64,000 nucleotides of DNA from Pseudobdellovibrionaceae bacterium (GTDB lineage Bacteria; Bdellovibrionota; Bdellovibrionia; Bdellovibrionales; Bdellovibrionaceae), in contig JBDHWW010000001.1 in assembly GCA_039810425.1 (NCBI GenBank), forward strand, positions 96,001-160,000. Direction: 5' to 3'. Numbering within the stretch: position 1 is the first letter of the stretch; every line of letters begins with the position of its first letter. Positions 16,668 to 26,125 of this stretch are shown piece after piece. The notes under the pieces are model-generated. The model did not search any database and had not been told where the DNA came from. It worked only from the letters and a program-made list of their open reading frames with translations. The translations under genes were made by a program, and so were the position numbers.

Positions 16668-18722
16668 CTAAAGTAAATTCATAGGGTCTACATCAAGAAG
16701 GATTTTAATACCTGTGGGTAACCATTCTTCATGACCCATCGTTTGTCGAGCAAACGTATTGATCACATTGGATTGCGGTCCTTTTAGGAGCAAGTGAAAA
16801 CGGAATTGCCCCCGCAGCTTTGCCAGGGGAGCTTCTGCCGGACCCAGGATTTCCACGAGTTCATATTGAGGAAACTGGGCCCTCAAAGCTTGAGCGCGCT
16901 TAGCCAAAAGTCGAGCGGCATCTTGAACAACCCTCAAGTGGTTTCCTTGAATACGGAAACCAATAATTTTTCCTGCGGGTGGATAGCCCAATTGGGACCG
17001 GTTTGTTAACTCTTGCTGAGCAAAGCCCTCGAAGTCATGTTTCTGTGCGTAGATAAGGCTTTCGTGCTCAGGATTGAAAGTTTGGATAATCACGCACCCG
17101 GGGCTTTCACCCACTTTGATATGACGGCCGGAGCGACCGCTCATTTGTGTGATTAACTGAAAACTTCTTTCAGTCGCACGGAAATCCGGCAAATTAAAAC
17201 CAACATCGGCAAGGACAAGTCCCACGAGTTTCAACTTCGGAAAATCGAGGCCCTTTGCGATCATCTGTGTTCCAACCAGAATATCAATTGTGCCGTCCTC
17301 CATCTCAGCAATGAGATTTTCAAGATCCGCGCGGTTCTGAATTTCATCGCGGTCCGCACGAGCCACTTTTTTACCGGGGAAAAGCGCGGTCAGGTCTTTT
17401 TCTAAAAGCTCCGTCCCCAGACCCATTGCCTCGAGATGCCCTTCGGAACAATCCGGGCATTTTTCTTTGAAACTCTCGTGATAGTCACAGTAGTGGCAGA
17501 CGAGGTGCGAATGATGATGCAACGTCAGGTTAATATCGCAATTCGGACACTCACGAGTGTGACCGCATGCCGGGCAGATCACCATCTGTGCAACGCCCCG
17601 GCGATTCAGAAACAGTGCCGCCTGGTCGCCGTTTTCTAGAGTGGCTTTCATTTTCTCAAATAGCCGCGGGCTCATCCAGAATGGGACTTCAGAGTATCTT
17701 TCTTGTTTTTCTTTTTGCGCTTCTTCAGAGGCCTTTTCCCCGCGTAAGTCCACCACCAGCATTTCTGGTAGGGACCGGTTCGCGACACGGTTTCTGAGAG
17801 TATGAAGGTGATATTTTCCTTCCGTCGCATTTTTCCAAGTTTCCAGGCTTGGAGTGGCCGAGCCTAAAACAATCGGGCAGTTTGCTTGCTTTGCCAACAT
17901 CACCGCCGCATCACGCCCGTGGTACTTCAACTTTTCGTCTTGTTTGTAACTGGGCTCATGCTCCTCATCGACAATGATAAGACCCAGATTTTGAATCGGG
18001 CAGAACAGGGCGGAGCGCGCGCCTATCAAAATCGATTTACGCCCTTCGACGATATCCCACCACTGAGTCGTGCGTTCACGATCTGTGAGTTGGGAGTGAA
18101 GGGCGGCGATCTTGTCGCCGAAACGGCGAACAAAACGCTGAATCAGCTGCGGCGTCAAAGAGATCTCGGGGACGAGAACGATCCCAATTTTACCCTGCGC
18201 CAACGTTTGCTCCAGCAGACGTAAGTAGACTTCAGTCTTACCGGACCCGGTGACGCCAAAAACCAAGTGCGACGAAAACGCATCGAACCTCGCGATGCCA
18301 TCGACGGTTTGTCTTTGCTCCAGGGTCAATTCTGGAGGGGTATCCGCTTTCATATCCGGAATCACCGGCGGGCGCTTGGATTTGCGAAGCTTTTCTTTTC
18401 TTTCTAGCGGCGGGTAAGTCAATTGAACGACTTGGCCGATCGGATGGATATAGTAGTGCGCCAGCCACTCCAGCCATTTGATAAAATGTTCCGGCAAAGT
18501 TGGATATTCTTCATCCAAACTCGCGATGGCTTTTAACTTAATTTCTGGATCAAGAGCGGCTGTTGAAGGACCAAGAACGAGTCCCTTGGTGACACGTTTT
18601 CCGAGTGGGACGTTCACCAACTGGCCTCTTTGCAGCGGTGGAAGTTCCGGGGCGTGCAAGTAGGTCAGGGCCTCTGGAAGTGGAGCATCAACAGCGATCT
18701 TCCAGAAAGGCGTCTCGGTCAT
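16668..18722 (-). CDS. priA: Primosomal protein N' (replication restart helicase)
   Basis: GVTGSGKTEVY, VPEISLTPQ, DEEH, Cys-pair zinc motifs and GTQMIAKGLDFP. Confidence 0.97.
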   Translation of the reverse strand: MTETPFWKIAVDAPLPEALTYLHAPELPPLQRGQLVNVPLGKRVTKGLVLGPSTAALDPEIKLKAIASLDEEYPTLPEHFIKWLEWLAHYYIHPIGQVVQLTYPPLERKEKLRKSKRPPVIPDMKADTPPELTLEQRQTVDGIARFDAFSSHLVFGVTGSGKTEVYLRLLEQTLAQGKIGIVLVPEISLTPQLIQRFVRRFGDKIAALHSQLTDRERTTQWWDIVEGRKSILIGARSALFCPIQNLGLIIVDEEHEPSYKQDEKLKYHGRDAAVMLAKQANCPIVLGSATPSLETWKNATEGKYHLHTLRNRVANRSLPEMLVVDLRGEKASEEAQKEKQERYSEVPFWMSPRLFEKMKATLENGDQAALFLNRRGVAQMVICPACGHTRECPNCDINLTLHHHSHLVCHYCDYHESFKEKCPDCSEGHLEAMGLGTELLEKDLTALFPGKKVARADRDEIQNRADLENLIAEMEDGTIDILVGTQMIAKGLDFPKLKLVGLVLADVGFNLPDFRATERSFQLITQMSGRSGRHIKVGESPGCVIIQTFNPEHESLIYAQKHDFEGFAQQELTNRSQLGYPPAGKIIGFRIQGNHLRVVQDAARLLAKRAQALRAQFPQYELVEILGPAEAPLAKLRGQFRFHLLLKGPQSNVINTFARQTMGHEEWLPTGIKILLDVDPMNLL

Positions 18723-19573
18723 CGAAACCTCGAGTAAAAGTCGAGAACGACATCTTTCGCAGGCTGATTGGCTAAACCATCCAGCTTCGCATTGATGTCA
18801 AGCGCAGACGATTGGAATGTATGGGCCGGCAAAGCTCCGCGGTGCGAAGTCACCCCGATCAAACGGATCGTCACAGTGTTTTGACCCCAGCGGATCGTAC
18901 GTACTTTTGGATAATTGAGCCCACGTGCATATTGATTATAATTATCCGCAGTTACTTCCACCTGGCTTGGCAAACGGAACTTACGAATCAAGAATTGATC
19001 TTGTTCAATCCAGAATCCCGGATTGCTGCTGCCATCCACCGGAGATGGGACGCCAAATGCATAGTTCACAGTGCCGCCAGTGCGAGACAAACGAACGAAT
19101 TCATCGGGTTCATATTTAAACGCCTCGAGATTTTTTTGCGGAAGCTTTTTCGCAAAGGCATTTGCCGGCAAGATTTTGAAATTCATCAAGGTGCTTGCCA
19201 ACTGATCCGTTGAACGGAAGTTAAAATATTTTTCGAGGAAGTCTTCTGCAATACGAGAGTTCTGTTTACTGCCGTTGTAAGACCAGCGCTGGCCACCAGC
19301 ATAGATAAACTGCATTTTGATCTGATCTTTCAGATCTTTTGTTCCCGTTACAGTCACTTTCATGGTGCGATCGTTTTCAATCAGCCAGGTTTCTTTCAAA
19401 AACAAAGAGTCCTGAGCGTTGTTGAACTGAACTTCTTGCTCGATGGAGTAAACACCACTGCCGGCATTTTCAGCTGTTCTTTGCAAAATCATGCGAGCTG
19501 GTGGAATGTAGGCAAACGCCACCGGTATAAAAGCGACCAGTGAGACCAATAGAATTGAGATTTTTTTCATCAT
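18719..19573 (-). CDS. Secreted hypothetical protein (possible LolA-like beta fold)
   Basis: Signal peptide ending AFA; translationally coupled to galU and priA. Confidence 0.6.
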   Translation of the reverse strand: MMKKISILLVSLVAFIPVAFAYIPPARMILQRTAENAGSGVYSIEQEVQFNNAQDSLFLKETWLIENDRTMKVTVTGTKDLKDQIKMQFIYAGGQRWSYNGSKQNSRIAEDFLEKYFNFRSTDQLASTLMNFKILPANAFAKKLPQKNLEAFKYEPDEFVRLSRTGGTVNYAFGVPSPVDGSSNPGFWIEQDQFLIRKFRLPSQVEVTADNYNQYARGLNYPKVRTIRWGQNTVTIRLIGVTSHRGALPAHTFQSSALDINAKLDGLANQPAKDVVLDFYSRFR

Positions 19574-20469
19574 GCGAAAGTTCCGTTCTTAAGTTTTTCT
19601 GACACCTGCAGAATATAGTCCTTAAGCCCGGCTTGCAATTCTGGATTTCGGAGTCCCAGCTCTATATTGGCCTGAAGATAACCTAATTTATCACCCGCAT
19701 CAAAACGGCTGGCCTTAAACGTCATTGCATTGAGGCCCTTTTGATCACAAAGCACCTTCATGCTGTCCGTGAGCTGAATTTCACCACCCAGGGAGGGTTT
19801 TGCGTGCTTCAAAATTTCCATGAGTTCGCCATCAAAAACGTAGCGGCCCGGCAGAGCCCAACGGCTTTTGGTCTCTGTGGACTTGGGTTTTTCGACCAAC
19901 GACGTTACTTTAAAAAGGCCTGATTTTTGCTCATCAACTTCCGCGATGCCGTATTTGGAAACATCTTTTGCTGGAACTTCCATGATCGCAATTGTTGAAG
20001 TGTCCGTTTCATTGAACGAGTTCACGAGTTGCGCCGTTACGTTGGGTTCACCATGGAAGCCCATAGTGATTTCATCACCGAGTAAAACCGCGAAAGGATC
20101 TTTACCGACAATCGGCTGACCCATCAATACCGCGTGACCCAAACCCAGAGCCTGTTTCTGGCGGATACTGATGATGTTCGCCATGTTACGGATTTTGGTC
20201 AGACGCTCAAGCAAATGACTTTTTCCATCTTTGGCCAAGCGGTCCTCAAGTTCATAGGAAGTATCAAAGAAATCTTCGATGGCGTGCTTTCCGCGCCCTG
20301 CAATCAGCACAATGTCTTCGATACCAGCCTTTACGGCTTCTTCGACGACATAGAAAATGATTGGGGCATCCACAATCGTGAGCATCTCTTTAGGGACTGT
20401 TTTAGTTGCCGGAAGGAAACGAGTTCCTAACCCGGCAGCCGGGATAATTGCTTTTTTTACTTTAGACAT
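19570..20469 (-). CDS. galU: UTP--glucose-1-phosphate uridylyltransferase
   Basis: KAIIPAAGLGTRFLPATK, VEKP and GEIQLTD. Confidence 0.96.
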   Translation of the reverse strand: MSKVKKAIIPAAGLGTRFLPATKTVPKEMLTIVDAPIIFYVVEEAVKAGIEDIVLIAGRGKHAIEDFFDTSYELEDRLAKDGKSHLLERLTKIRNMANIISIRQKQALGLGHAVLMGQPIVGKDPFAVLLGDEITMGFHGEPNVTAQLVNSFNETDTSTIAIMEVPAKDVSKYGIAEVDEQKSGLFKVTSLVEKPKSTETKSRWALPGRYVFDGELMEILKHAKPSLGGEIQLTDSMKVLCDQKGLNAMTFKASRFDAGDKLGYLQANIELGLRNPELQAGLKDYILQVSEKLKNGTFA

Positions 20470-20595
20470 GTTTAATAAGTCTCAGACGTTTCATTTTAAG
20501 ACAAGTCCTAAACCCGCCTGTCTCAATTTGTAGTAGGCGCCGCTTTTTGGAACAGCGCTCAGAATGAACGTGTTACTCTGAACTCGGGGGATTCT

Positions 20596-21876
20596 ATGAG
20601 GGCCGACGTGCGTAGTTATCTGCTAAAATCGTTATCTGCTGTTTTTGCGTGCGGAACGCTCGTTTTTGCCTTTCAAAACTGCGGAAAAGCAGGCTTTGAT
20701 TCGGCAGCTGAGACAACTGAAAATCTTGCTTCTGTGGGTTCAGACAGTGCGGCTCCTTTCGCATTCAATGCAACTTTTGATCAGATTACTTATAACTCTT
20801 GTTTTGGCATAGGCCTTAGCGCAAACCCCGGCTATTTCACAATCAAGGCCGGATCCTATGATGGCGGGGGTGTGAATTTAACCTCAAACTTCGTTAGCTA
20901 TGTGAACTCAAAACTCAAACCACAGTATCCTGCAACGACTGTCACCGTTGAACAGATGAAGTCCTATGTTGGTGAAACTGTTGAAAACAACTTGGCAACA
21001 CTGCAAATGGCTCTGCGCACCCGCGGCGCGCCACAACAAGTGCGCAACCCAACCGGTTCAAACCCCGCTTTGAATACCGACTATGTGAACCTGATGACCG
21101 ATTTGACTGATGACCGCATCATGGAGCCTGTGTTCAGATCGATGGGAGCTGTTGTGAACTACTTCCCATTGGCGGCGACGGCGGCTCAGCGCGTGATGGA
21201 AGCTAAAATCACTTACAATGGTGATGAAGGTGTTGCTTATAGCCTTCGCAACGATCTTTCCAACAACGGTATGCTTGCGTTGACTTACACAGGCCCTACG
21301 GGAACCTCCGCATATGCGGCGAGAATGCCTTCGTCAACTACAGACGCGTCCATTGCTTACGGCCGAGGCTATATGATGCAGTTCGCGGCGGATATCGCTC
21401 CGTTGACTCAAGCGATCGCTCAAAGCACAGCAGTGGCTCCGAATTCGCGCAATCCGAACAATATTCTTGTTGGTATTCAAGAGACGGATCTTGCGAATCC
21501 TTCGGCAGTTGGAGCGAGCTGGGACTGTTCAAGCTCGGTGGATGGACGAGGTGCTCGTCGTTATGCGATCGTGAAACCTGCGGATGCTCCTATTTTTTGT
21601 CCAGCGGACTCCATTGATCGTATGGGTAGCCCGAACTATCGCCGCGAACTTGAAATCATCCGTCGCCATTTGCCGGCTTCCCAATGGGATGTCAGCATTG
21701 ACCGCCGTTGTGTCGTGCCGAAGTCGGGAACTTGCTATAATAATGCTGCCGGTACTTCAGAAGACACGGTTGAGTACGACCAAAGAAACGAATGTTATCA
21801 AGGTTTGCAAGGTCTTGCGAACCGGGACATTACAAAGCGCTGTGCCCAGTATATTTCAATCTGCCTTCGCAACTAA
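20596..21876 (+). CDS. Cys-containing lipoprotein of the Bdellovibrio FQNC type
   Basis: Signal peptide ending LVFAFQNCG; paired C-terminal cysteines. Confidence 0.75.
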   Translation: MRADVRSYLLKSLSAVFACGTLVFAFQNCGKAGFDSAAETTENLASVGSDSAAPFAFNATFDQITYNSCFGIGLSANPGYFTIKAGSYDGGGVNLTSNFVSYVNSKLKPQYPATTVTVEQMKSYVGETVENNLATLQMALRTRGAPQQVRNPTGSNPALNTDYVNLMTDLTDDRIMEPVFRSMGAVVNYFPLAATAAQRVMEAKITYNGDEGVAYSLRNDLSNNGMLALTYTGPTGTSAYAARMPSSTTDASIAYGRGYMMQFAADIAPLTQAIAQSTAVAPNSRNPNNILVGIQETDLANPSAVGASWDCSSSVDGRGARRYAIVKPADAPIFCPADSIDRMGSPNYRRELEIIRRHLPASQWDVSIDRRCVVPKSGTCYNNAAGTSEDTVEYDQRNECYQGLQGLANRDITKRCAQYISICLRN

Positions 21877-21891
21877 GCGGTGGCTGCACTG

Positions 21892-23004
21892 TTAGAATTG
21901 CGCGACTTTCGCGTGTAATAAATTCTCGGCAAAAACCGGATAAGGGCGTAGGAACTTGAGCGGATCCACCATGCGTCCTTTTTGTCTGACGGCAAAGTGC
22001 AGGTGCGCTTTCGTGCAATAGCCGGTGCAGCCGACTTCGCCAACACGGTCGCCGGCGTTGAGTTTTAAGCCGAAGCGAATGCGGGCGTCGAGTTTGCGCA
22101 TGTGATTGTACGAAGTCTCAACGCCGTTCCCATGCATCAGTACAATGTAATTGCCGGCCGCCCTGTTCTTACCAAAGCGAACAACCGTGCCGTTGCGGGC
22201 GGCATAGATCGGAGTGCCCTCCGGCAGCTCAAAGTCCACGCCTAAGTGGGGCTGTATTTTACGAGTGATCGGGTGACGGCGATGAGGTTGGAATAAACTT
22301 GCCAAGCGAAGATAAGACACCGGCGCATAAAACGGCCGACTCTTCAGTAAGTCATTTTCCGTGATAAAAACACCGCCGTTTTTTTCGATCGTCACGTATC
22401 TTTTTTGAATGTTATTGCCACGTATCGCGAGGGAAGTTTGCAAAACCTCGCCATAGCGGATGAAGAATGGGCCATCGTATTTTTTCTCAACCGTCAGCCA
22501 GAACTTCGCTCCGCGCTCCAGGCCGCGATTCAAGTTGTAATCCATGATGTAGGCATCCACAAAACGCGATGCCACCCAGTTGCTATTCACCTTATTGAGA
22601 ATGCTTGCCATCAGCGAGCCGCGGACCTGGCCGTCGTAACGAGCCACACTCGTTTTGAAAACGGCTTGAGCCTTCTTAGCTTCAAGACCCCGTGCTGACT
22701 TCTTGATTACAAAGACGATAGGCTCTTGCGGATCATACAGGCGCATTTCGGTTGTGCCCCCCTGGGTGCGAACCAGATACCCCACGTCGAGCTGCAAATA
22801 CAGGTGACGCAGGTCCGGAGCCATCGCCAAGGCCTGGCCCCGCTCCGTTTCAGTAAAGCCATTGCGTTTCATCAAAGACACAACATTGTCGCCCGTCCGG
22901 ACTTTTTTTGCGATAAAGCCATTGGCGCCGGCGAAAGCTCTTTGATAGGATAACAGCGAAAAAATCATCCAACTCGTGAAGACGAAACGGTAGAGGTACT
23001 TCAA
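21892..23004 (-). CDS. M23 family peptidoglycan endopeptidase (MepM-like)
   Basis: HLGVD (HxxxD), YNHM and AHLHF (HxH) zinc motifs; start uncertain. Confidence 0.9.
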   Translation of the reverse strand: MKYLYRFVFTSWMIFSLLSYQRAFAGANGFIAKKVRTGDNVVSLMKRNGFTETERGQALAMAPDLRHLYLQLDVGYLVRTQGGTTEMRLYDPQEPIVFVIKKSARGLEAKKAQAVFKTSVARYDGQVRGSLMASILNKVNSNWVASRFVDAYIMDYNLNRGLERGAKFWLTVEKKYDGPFFIRYGEVLQTSLAIRGNNIQKRYVTIEKNGGVFITENDLLKSRPFYAPVSYLRLASLFQPHRRHPITRKIQPHLGVDFELPEGTPIYAARNGTVVRFGKNRAAGNYIVLMHGNGVETSYNHMRKLDARIRFGLKLNAGDRVGEVGCTGYCTKAHLHFAVRQKGRMVDPLKFLRPYPVFAENLLHAKVAQF

Positions 23005-23849
23005 TGCTCAATCCTTTAAGCGTGTTAAAACATCCTGTTTTACTGAGCCTTTATTTTATATCTAGTTTGGCTCACGCCCAAAGTTTTTCTAGCGCTGTTA
23101 CGGACGGTGTGGCCGGTGCGGGCAGGGCTGCGGTCGAGGCCGGGGATGTCAACTACCTGAATCCAGCGGGATTAGTCCACTTGAGGGGAAGATATGTTTA
23201 TGCGACGGGAAGCAAAGACGATCTATCCTTAAGTCTAAGCGAATCGAGCCGCGAGGTCGTGGTACCGGCCAGTCTGTCTTATTTGCAGCGAAAAGCAAAG
23301 GACCGCTCTGATCAAGAGGTGAAGTGGAAAGACATGCGGTTGTCGCTTGCCGACTTCGTTGTCGAAAAATTTTCGATGGGGATCACCGGTACGATGAGCA
23401 CCGTGGATTACAAAACCAGTTCCTACAATCAAACGAACGGGAACTTGGGATTGTTCTATACTCCGACGGATCACTTCGGTTTAGCGTACGTTTTTTATAA
23501 TATATTTGGTGGTAAAGACACAGTGCCAGAAGAGGTTCGCGAAGCATCCCAAATGGCCGTGGGCCTGAATTTTATCTACAAAAACTTCGTCCGTTATCGT
23601 TTTGATGTTCTTTCTGCCAGCAATAACAACTTTGGTAAGCCTGCATATATGCTGGGGCTTGAGACCTTGCTCAACGAGTGGTTTATTTTCCGTATCGGGT
23701 ATAAGAACGACATTTTAGCCAGTCAGGAGCTCTTTACTCAGGGCCTTGGCTTTCACGGCCCGGTCTTTTCGGTGGATTATGCCCACCAGGGATCGGTAAA
23801 AGGTGCTAATTTTGATCGTCACTCCATTGACTTGTCCTTTTCCTTTTGA
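23004..23849 (+). CDS. Probable outer-membrane beta-barrel protein (FadL/PorV-like N-terminus)
   Basis: Signal peptide ending AHA; AGAGRA...YLNPAGL motif; alternating beta strands; C-terminal Phe. Confidence 0.65.
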   Translation: MLNPLSVLKHPVLLSLYFISSLAHAQSFSSAVTDGVAGAGRAAVEAGDVNYLNPAGLVHLRGRYVYATGSKDDLSLSLSESSREVVVPASLSYLQRKAKDRSDQEVKWKDMRLSLADFVVEKFSMGITGTMSTVDYKTSSYNQTNGNLGLFYTPTDHFGLAYVFYNIFGGKDTVPEEVREASQMAVGLNFIYKNFVRYRFDVLSASNNNFGKPAYMLGLETLLNEWFIFRIGYKNDILASQELFTQGLGFHGPVFSVDYAHQGSVKGANFDRHSIDLSFSF

Positions 23850-23884
23850 TACCTAACACCATCCGTTAAACTTGGAGATGAAAC

Positions 23885-24013
23885 ATGGCTTCTAAAACAA
23901 AAAGAACTGAATACATTCGCGAAAAGAAAAGAACTACTAGCGGTACTAAACGTAAAGCAGCTCTTCGCAGCAAAGGTACTACTAAATCTGCAAAGACTCT
24001 TTTTAAAGACTAA
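23885..24013 (+). CDS. Small highly basic protein, 42 aa (MASKTKRTEYIREKKRTTSGTKRKAALRSKGTTKSAKTLFKD), absent from the ORF track
   Basis: Translated by hand; GGAG RBS upstream; biased ACT/GCT/GGT/AAA codons; terminator follows. Confidence 0.8.
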   Translation: MASKTKRTEYIREKKRTTSGTKRKAALRSKGTTKSAKTLFKD

Positions 24014-24041
24014 ATCATTGATTTAATTGATTTTTTAAAGG

Positions 24042-24066
24042 AAAAGCCGGTAAATCCGGCTTTTTT
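24042..24066. terminator. Bidirectional intrinsic terminator
   Basis: AAAAGCCGG-TAAAT-CCGGCTTTTTT between convergent genes. Confidence 0.85.
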
Positions 24067-24100
24067 CGTTTGTCTTTATCTTATTGTCTAATAGCCAGCG

Positions 24101-25276
24101 CTATTTTCTTAGCTGGCCGCCGGCTTCCATAGCCTCCCCATTCAGGGTCCATTTAAACGGCATTTCCACCCAGCCTTCTTGCCCCGGATAGAACTTCCAT
24201 TTTTTCAGGGCCGCCAGGGTTTTTCCGTCCAGATTACGGTACCCCGTGGATTGGCCGAGTTTAAATTGGGAAAGGCTGCCGTCTTTATTCACGTAAGCAT
24301 AGAACATCGTCTGACCTTCTTGGCGGGCCAAACGCTCATCTTGAGAGTACTGAGGGAACTTATTGCCGGGCATTTGGCGGAGCTGTTCGAGCGAGCGAAC
24401 CCCACCCGGGATCCCCGCAACTTCCTTTGTGGGTGCCGGAGAACCGGAGTCGCCGGTGCCTTCACCCTCAGTGCCCGTACCTTTGCCGTGTGCTTCTTTA
24501 AGTGCGGCGAGGCGGGCATTGGCCTCTTCGCCTTCGCGGGCGATCTGGCCTTCACGAACTGCCGCTGCGCGGGCTTCAGAAGCTTCGCGATCTATGGCTT
24601 GTTGAGCTGCCAAGCGGGCCGCTTTGTCAGCCGCCGCTTTTTCTTTGGCTTCCGCGGCAGCAATTGCAGCAACGTCGGCTTTACGGCGAGCCTCGTCCGC
24701 TTGAGCTGCGGATTTCGCCAGCGCCTGGTTCTCTTGTTCAATTTCGTTCAAGGCATCGCTGCCATCTTGAGCTGCTTTATCGGCATCGCTCTCGAAGGAT
24801 TTCTTTGCGGCAATGACTGCGTTGCGATTTTCGCGGTCGACTTTTTCGAAGTCGTCTTGAAGATCTTTTTCATCCATCTGGGCTACGGCAACTTCGCCAA
24901 TGTCAGAGGTTTCAAGATCCGGAGCGGAGATATCATCTAAAGTGGCCGGTGCCGCCGCAACGGCCTTCGCGATTGGTGCTGGAGCCGCCGGTGGCTCGAT
25001 AGGGGCTGGGGCCGGTGTGGCTTCGCCTTGGGTTTCTGGGGCGTTCGTGCCGTCAGCAATCGGTTTTGCCGCCGTTGTTTCGCTTTCGACTTCAAACTCA
25101 ATCACTTCTTTCTTCGGGAACTCAATGGGCGGAATGCTCATAAGTGCAACCGTCGCGACGAGTGCCGCGTGAAGCATCACTGATAAGGAGATAAAACGCC
25201 CCGACTTATTCTCTGTCAAATCAACGGGCAGCGGTGGTAGTTCGTTGTCGGTTTCTTGTAAGCCTTTAAATTCCAT
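24101..25276 (-). CDS. TonB/TolA-like energy transducer
   Basis: TM helix with SVMLH (SxxxH), Pro/Ala-rich and Ala/Glu/Lys helical linker, TonB C-terminal domain (QEG...STGYRNLD...WKF). Confidence 0.85.
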   Translation of the reverse strand: MEFKGLQETDNELPPLPVDLTENKSGRFISLSVMLHAALVATVALMSIPPIEFPKKEVIEFEVESETTAAKPIADGTNAPETQGEATPAPAPIEPPAAPAPIAKAVAAAPATLDDISAPDLETSDIGEVAVAQMDEKDLQDDFEKVDRENRNAVIAAKKSFESDADKAAQDGSDALNEIEQENQALAKSAAQADEARRKADVAAIAAAEAKEKAAADKAARLAAQQAIDREASEARAAAVREGQIAREGEEANARLAALKEAHGKGTGTEGEGTGDSGSPAPTKEVAGIPGGVRSLEQLRQMPGNKFPQYSQDERLARQEGQTMFYAYVNKDGSLSQFKLGQSTGYRNLDGKTLAALKKWKFYPGQEGWVEMPFKWTLNGEAMEAGGQLRK

Positions 25277-25301
25277 GTTCGACTCCTAGATTACTCAGTA
25301 A

Positions 25302-25595
25302 CTATTCAGCCTGAAGAATAGCGATCGAAAGATCCATATCAGAAGATTGCAACCGGGGTCTTTCACGGCGGATCAGAGCCAAAGCCCGCCTCAAGTCTTC
25401 ACCACGAGCAGTGCCATCAGAGAAAGTGAATTCCGCAGCGTCACGCTCCGCAAGTTCGAACACGCGGCGGTTATTTTCAGATTCTTTACGAAGCTGGGTG
25501 ACTGCCTGGAAAGTCTTAGAAGGTGTTGACGAGGCGGCCATGGCGATGTCTGCCATCATGACGGCGGCGAAAACCGCGAAGAGAGTCTTTTTCAT
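25302..25595 (-). CDS. Small secreted hypothetical protein
   Basis: MKK signal peptide ending AMA; AGGAG RBS. Confidence 0.75.
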   Translation of the reverse strand: MKKTLFAVFAAVMMADIAMAASSTPSKTFQAVTQLRKESENNRRVFELAERDAAEFTFSDGTARGEDLRRALALIRRERPRLQSSDMDLSIAILQAE

Positions 25596-25636
25596 TGAGA
25601 GCTCCTATCCTAAGAGATTTAATCCATTGGGAAAGG

Positions 25637-25653
25637 AGCAAAGTTCTTGCCAG
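25637..25653 (-). promoter_or_regulatory. Sigma-54 (-24/-12) promoter
   Basis: Minus strand reads CTGGCAAGAACTTTGCT with exact GG-N10-GC spacing, ~40 bp upstream of 25595. Confidence 0.7.
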
Positions 25654-26095
25654 AATTTTGCAGCTTGAGAGGGCGTTCATTTTCAGCTCATCGAAAGGGA
25701 GTGTATCGGTTTTTGTCAGTGTCCAAGGTTTCATGAAGCTTTTACAAACGGCCCGGGGAGGCCCTTTGTCACCAGACCAAGGCTTGGAATTGTGGAAAGT
25801 TGAGACCAATGAGAGAGGTTTTCTGTAAAGAGATCTATGATTTGAAGTCACAAAATAAAGCTGTCATGACGGCGATTACGACTCAAGGTTTGCTGGCAGA
25901 GTTTGCGACCTTAAGCGGAAAAGTGGGCGATACGGACTTGGCACTTGAAAAATTGTCCAATGCCTACGATAGGTCTCATGGTAGCAGCAATGAAAATGGC
26001 GCCGCCAAGTAGTTGTTAAACTTCTAGTCATTTTGAATTTTATACTGGAGAAACCCTGCGAAAACCGTGGGGTTTCTTATTCAGGTCAAAAATTT

Positions 26096-26112
26096 CTGGC
26101 AAGGGAGTTGCT
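26096..26112 (+). promoter_or_regulatory. Sigma-54 (-24/-12) promoter
   Basis: CTGGCAAGGGAGTTGCT with exact GG-N10-GC spacing, just upstream of ATG 26126. Confidence 0.65.
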
Positions 26113-26125
26113 TAGTTTTCTCCCT

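Noticed and set aside
24179..24940. Long antisense ORFs (253 aa here; also 42222-42881, 52002-52709 and 55011-55652)
   Set aside because: They shadow well-supported genes on the opposite strand and have no motifs of their own
25291..25301. TTAC-TCA-GTAA palindrome before the TonB-like gene, resembling the LexA box I recall for Bdellovibrio
   Set aside because: Only 8 informative bases, so about one chance hit is expected per 64 kb; it sits inside an apparent operon, and I saw none upstream of uvrA
25595..26012. Short plus-strand ORFs (77 and 70 aa) between the sigma-54 promoters
   Set aside because: No recognisable motifs or convincing RBS; better explained as regulatory spacer, though a gene remnant cannot be excluded
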